The position numbers were made by a program, and so were the translations under genes. Of a stretch of 64,000 bases of DNA, positions 62,067 through 64,000 are shown piece by piece. The DNA comes from Gemmatimonadales bacterium (GTDB lineage: Bacteria > Gemmatimonadota > Gemmatimonadetes > Gemmatimonadales > JACORV01): the NCBI GenBank assembly GCA_035623395.1, contig DASPTN010000086.1, positions 97,606-161,605 of the forward strand, written 5' to 3'. The notes under the pieces are model-generated. The model saw nothing but the letters and a program-made list of their open reading frames with translations. It had not been told where the DNA came from and made no database searches. Within the stretch, counting starts at the first letter, position 1, and each line of letters starts with the position of its first letter.

Positions 62067-64000
62067 ATGCATTCACGCGTGACAGCCTCCCTGGTCCGCT
62101 GCCTGCTGCTCCTGTCGCCGCTCGCCGTGTCCGGCGGCCCCCGGCTCGCCGCGCAGGGCCCTCCGGCCGCGCCGACGCCCCTGCGGTGGGTCCTGGGACC
62201 CCTCGCGTGGCGGGGGCCGGCGCGTCCCGCCGGGTACCTCGGGATCGAGGGCCGGCGCGCTGCCGCGATCGGCACGGAGCGGGGCGACTTCGAGGTCTGG
62301 GCCTGGCCGCTCAAGCTGGTTCACGACCTCAGGCTCTCGTTCCAGACACCGCTGTACGCCGATCCGGTGCGCGCCGCCGACGTGGCCCGCAGCGTGGAGG
62401 TCACGCCGGCAGGGGCCACCATCACGTACAGCCACGCCGCGTTCACGGTCCGCGAGCGCGTCTTCGCGCCGGTGGACGAGCCGGCGGTCGCCATCGTGCT
62501 CGAGGTCGAGGCCGTGCGCCCGATGGAGATCGTCGCGTCGTTCCGGAGCGACCTCCAGCTGGCGTGGCCCGGCGCACTCGGCGGCCAGTACGTCCTGTGG
62601 AACGACACGCTCAAGGCGTTCGAGCTGACCGAGAGCCGGCGGCAGTTCAACGCCGTCATCGGCTCGCCGTTCGCGACCCGGGCGACCACCAATCCGACGT
62701 GGTCGGTGCCGGACGCGCCGTCCGAGATGCGCATCGCCGTCGGCGACCAGCAGCCGGCCGCGATGCCGCGCTGGCAGGAGCCGGCCGGCCGCCTGGTGAA
62801 CGTGGTCGCGCTCGGCATCCCCATCGTGCTGGTCGGTCAGATCGCGCCGCGCGACACGGTGCTGGCCACGTATCGGCGGGTGCTGGCGCGGCTCGGCGAG
62901 CTGTACGCGCAGCGCGTCGCGCACGCCGACTCCGTCGTCGCGGGCACCGTCGGCTTCGCGGACACGGCCGAGGACCGGCTGGCGCGGTGGGCCGAGCTGA
63001 ACCTCGACGAGGCCGTGGTGTGCAACCCCGACCTCGGCTGCGGCCCGGTGGCGGGCTACGGCCCCTCCGGGCCGGGAGGCGCGCGGCCGGGCTTCAGCTG
63101 GTTCTTCGGCGGCGACGCGGCGATCAACTCCTTGGCGCTCGCGTCGGCCGGGGCCTTCGATCTGGCGCGGCAGTACCTGGCCTTCTTCGCGCGCTACCAG
63201 CGGGCGGACGGCAAGATCGCCCACGAGATCTCCCAGAGCGCCGCCCGGATCCCCTGGTTCAGCGACTACCCCTTCCCGTACTGGCACGGCGACACCTCGC
63301 CGTTCTGGATCCTCGCGATCGGCGAGCTGTTCCGGGCGTCGGCGGACACCGCGTTCGTCCGCTCGCTGTGGCCCCAGCTCCGGCGCGCCTACGAATGGTG
63401 TGTCGGGACGGTGGGCGACGACGGCCTGATGCAGAACGCGCTGGCGGGCGTCGGGGCCATCGAGGTCGGAGGCCTCGGCGCGAGCGTGAAGTCGGACATC
63501 TACCTCGCCGCCGTCTGGGTCGAGGCCCTGCAGCGCATGGGCGAGATGGCGCGGGCGCTGGGCGACAGCGCACTGGCGGGCGAAGCGGTACGGCGGTTCC
63601 CCATGGCGCGCCGGAGCCTCGAGGAACGCTTCTGGATGCCGCACGCGGGTCGGTTCGCCTTCGCCGTCCTCGCCGGCGACTCCCTCAACGACAACCTGAC
63701 CGTGTGGCCGGCGATCGCGATGTCGTGGCGCCTGTTCGACGAGGAGCGGGGCCAGGCGATGGCCGCCGCACTGGCGCGGGCCACGATCTCGACCGATTGG
63801 GGTGGCCGGACGCTGGCGTCCGAGAGCGAGCTGTACGATCCGCTGCACTACAACAACGGCACGGTGTGGCCGTTCGTGACCGGGTTCCTCGCGCTGGCCG
63901 AGTACCGCTATCACAGCGTCTACGCGGGGCGCGCCGCGCTCGACGCGCTGGGGCGGACGTTCGACGTGTGGGGACTGGGGCGGAATCCCGAGGTCTTCTC
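62067..64000 (+). CDS. Amylo-alpha-1,6-glucosidase (GDE_C)/six-hairpin glycosidase-like protein, 3' end outside window
   Basis: Not in the ORF track because there is no stop inside the window. My own translation from ATG 62067 stays open to base 64000. Signal peptide (LLLLSPLAVSGGPRLAAQG). GFSWFFGGDA, DGKIAHEIS and YNNGTVWPFVTG motifs match the GDE_C catalytic domain. The 613-aa antisense ORF is a shadow. Confidence 0.7.
   Translation, partial: MHSRVTASLVRCLLLLSPLAVSGGPRLAAQGPPAAPTPLRWVLGPLAWRGPARPAGYLGIEGRRAAAIGTERGDFEVWAWPLKLVHDLRLSFQTPLYADPVRAADVARSVEVTPAGATITYSHAAFTVRERVFAPVDEPAVAIVLEVEAVRPMEIVASFRSDLQLAWPGALGGQYVLWNDTLKAFELTESRRQFNAVIGSPFATRATTNPTWSVPDAPSEMRIAVGDQQPAAMPRWQEPAGRLVNVVALGIPIVLVGQIAPRDTVLATYRRVLARLGELYAQRVAHADSVVAGTVGFADTAEDRLARWAELNLDEAVVCNPDLGCGPVAGYGPSGPGGARPGFSWFFGGDAAINSLALASAGAFDLARQYLAFFARYQRADGKIAHEISQSAARIPWFSDYPFPYWHGDTSPFWILAIGELFRASADTAFVRSLWPQLRRAYEWCVGTVGDDGLMQNALAGVGAIEVGGLGASVKSDIYLAAVWVEALQRMGEMARALGDSALAGEAVRRFPMARRSLEERFWMPHAGRFAFAVLAGDSLNDNLTVWPAIAMSWRLFDEERGQAMAAALARATISTDWGGRTLASESELYDPLHYNNGTVWPFVTGFLALAEYRYHSVYAGRAALDALGRTFDVWGLGRNPEVF

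Noticed and set aside
62073-63914. 613-aa minus-strand ORF near the 3' end of the window
   Set aside because: It is antisense to an uninterrupted + frame from ATG 62067 that carries a signal peptide and GDE_C-type motifs (WFFGGDA, YNNGTVWPF). The + frame is missing from the track only because it has no stop inside the window.

Overview
Very GC-rich bacterial chromosomal segment, densely packed. I support about 62 protein-coding genes and one tRNA-Cys(GCA). I found no rRNA, CRISPR array, transposase, integrase or phage hallmarks. Gene content suggests a high-GC environmental bacterium, possibly Gemmatimonadota-like; this is inference only and rests on the DUF1800/DUF1501 pair, secreted S9 and M28 peptidases, ThyX, an EF-G2-type paralogue and tandem GSI-beta and GSI-alpha glutamine synthetases. 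Most of the window is ordinary core and housekeeping content: LeuCD-like dehydratase; a TetR-TolC-MFP-RND efflux operon; two glutamine synthetases; an ECF sigma-Ogt-prolyl oligopeptidase cluster; a GMC oxidoreductase with a two-component system; tandem deoxynucleoside-kinase-like genes; an ABC exporter; ThyX; a thiolase/3-hydroxyacyl-CoA dehydrogenase operon; an IPMDH-like dehydrogenase; RNase HI; SelD; a D-aminoacylase-like gene; a radical SAM gene; and a GDE_C-like glycosidase. Many long ORFs in the supplied track are alternative-frame or antisense shadow ORFs typical of high GC. I trimmed real genes using homology-like motifs, signal peptides and eight 4-nt ATGA/GTGA stop-start overlaps. 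Things worth a second look: (1) selD carries an in-frame UGA at the catalytic Cys/Sec position, with candidate SECIS hairpins downstream. (2) Two homologous 68-nt arrays of GTGAGAN heptamers (tandem Shine-Dalgarno mimics) lie 24.5 kb apart in opposite transcriptional contexts, with a short remnant at a third site. (3) A 390-nt intergenic region holds a promoter-like site, five consecutive hairpins with plus-strand-specific G-U pairs and a terminator, which makes it a candidate sRNA. (4) A lipoprotein gene encodes its signal peptide upstream of any ATG/GTG/TTG. (5) Several genes have a -10-like box 6-11 nt before the ATG and no SD, so they look leaderless. (6) There are unusual gene couplings and fusions: ECF sigma-Ogt, a beta-barrel-cupredoxin fusion, a REC-DHp protein without an ATPase domain, and SPFH inside a thiolase operon. 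I cannot name a complete novel multi-gene system with confidence. The heptamer-array element and the structured intergenic RNA are the least explained signals.
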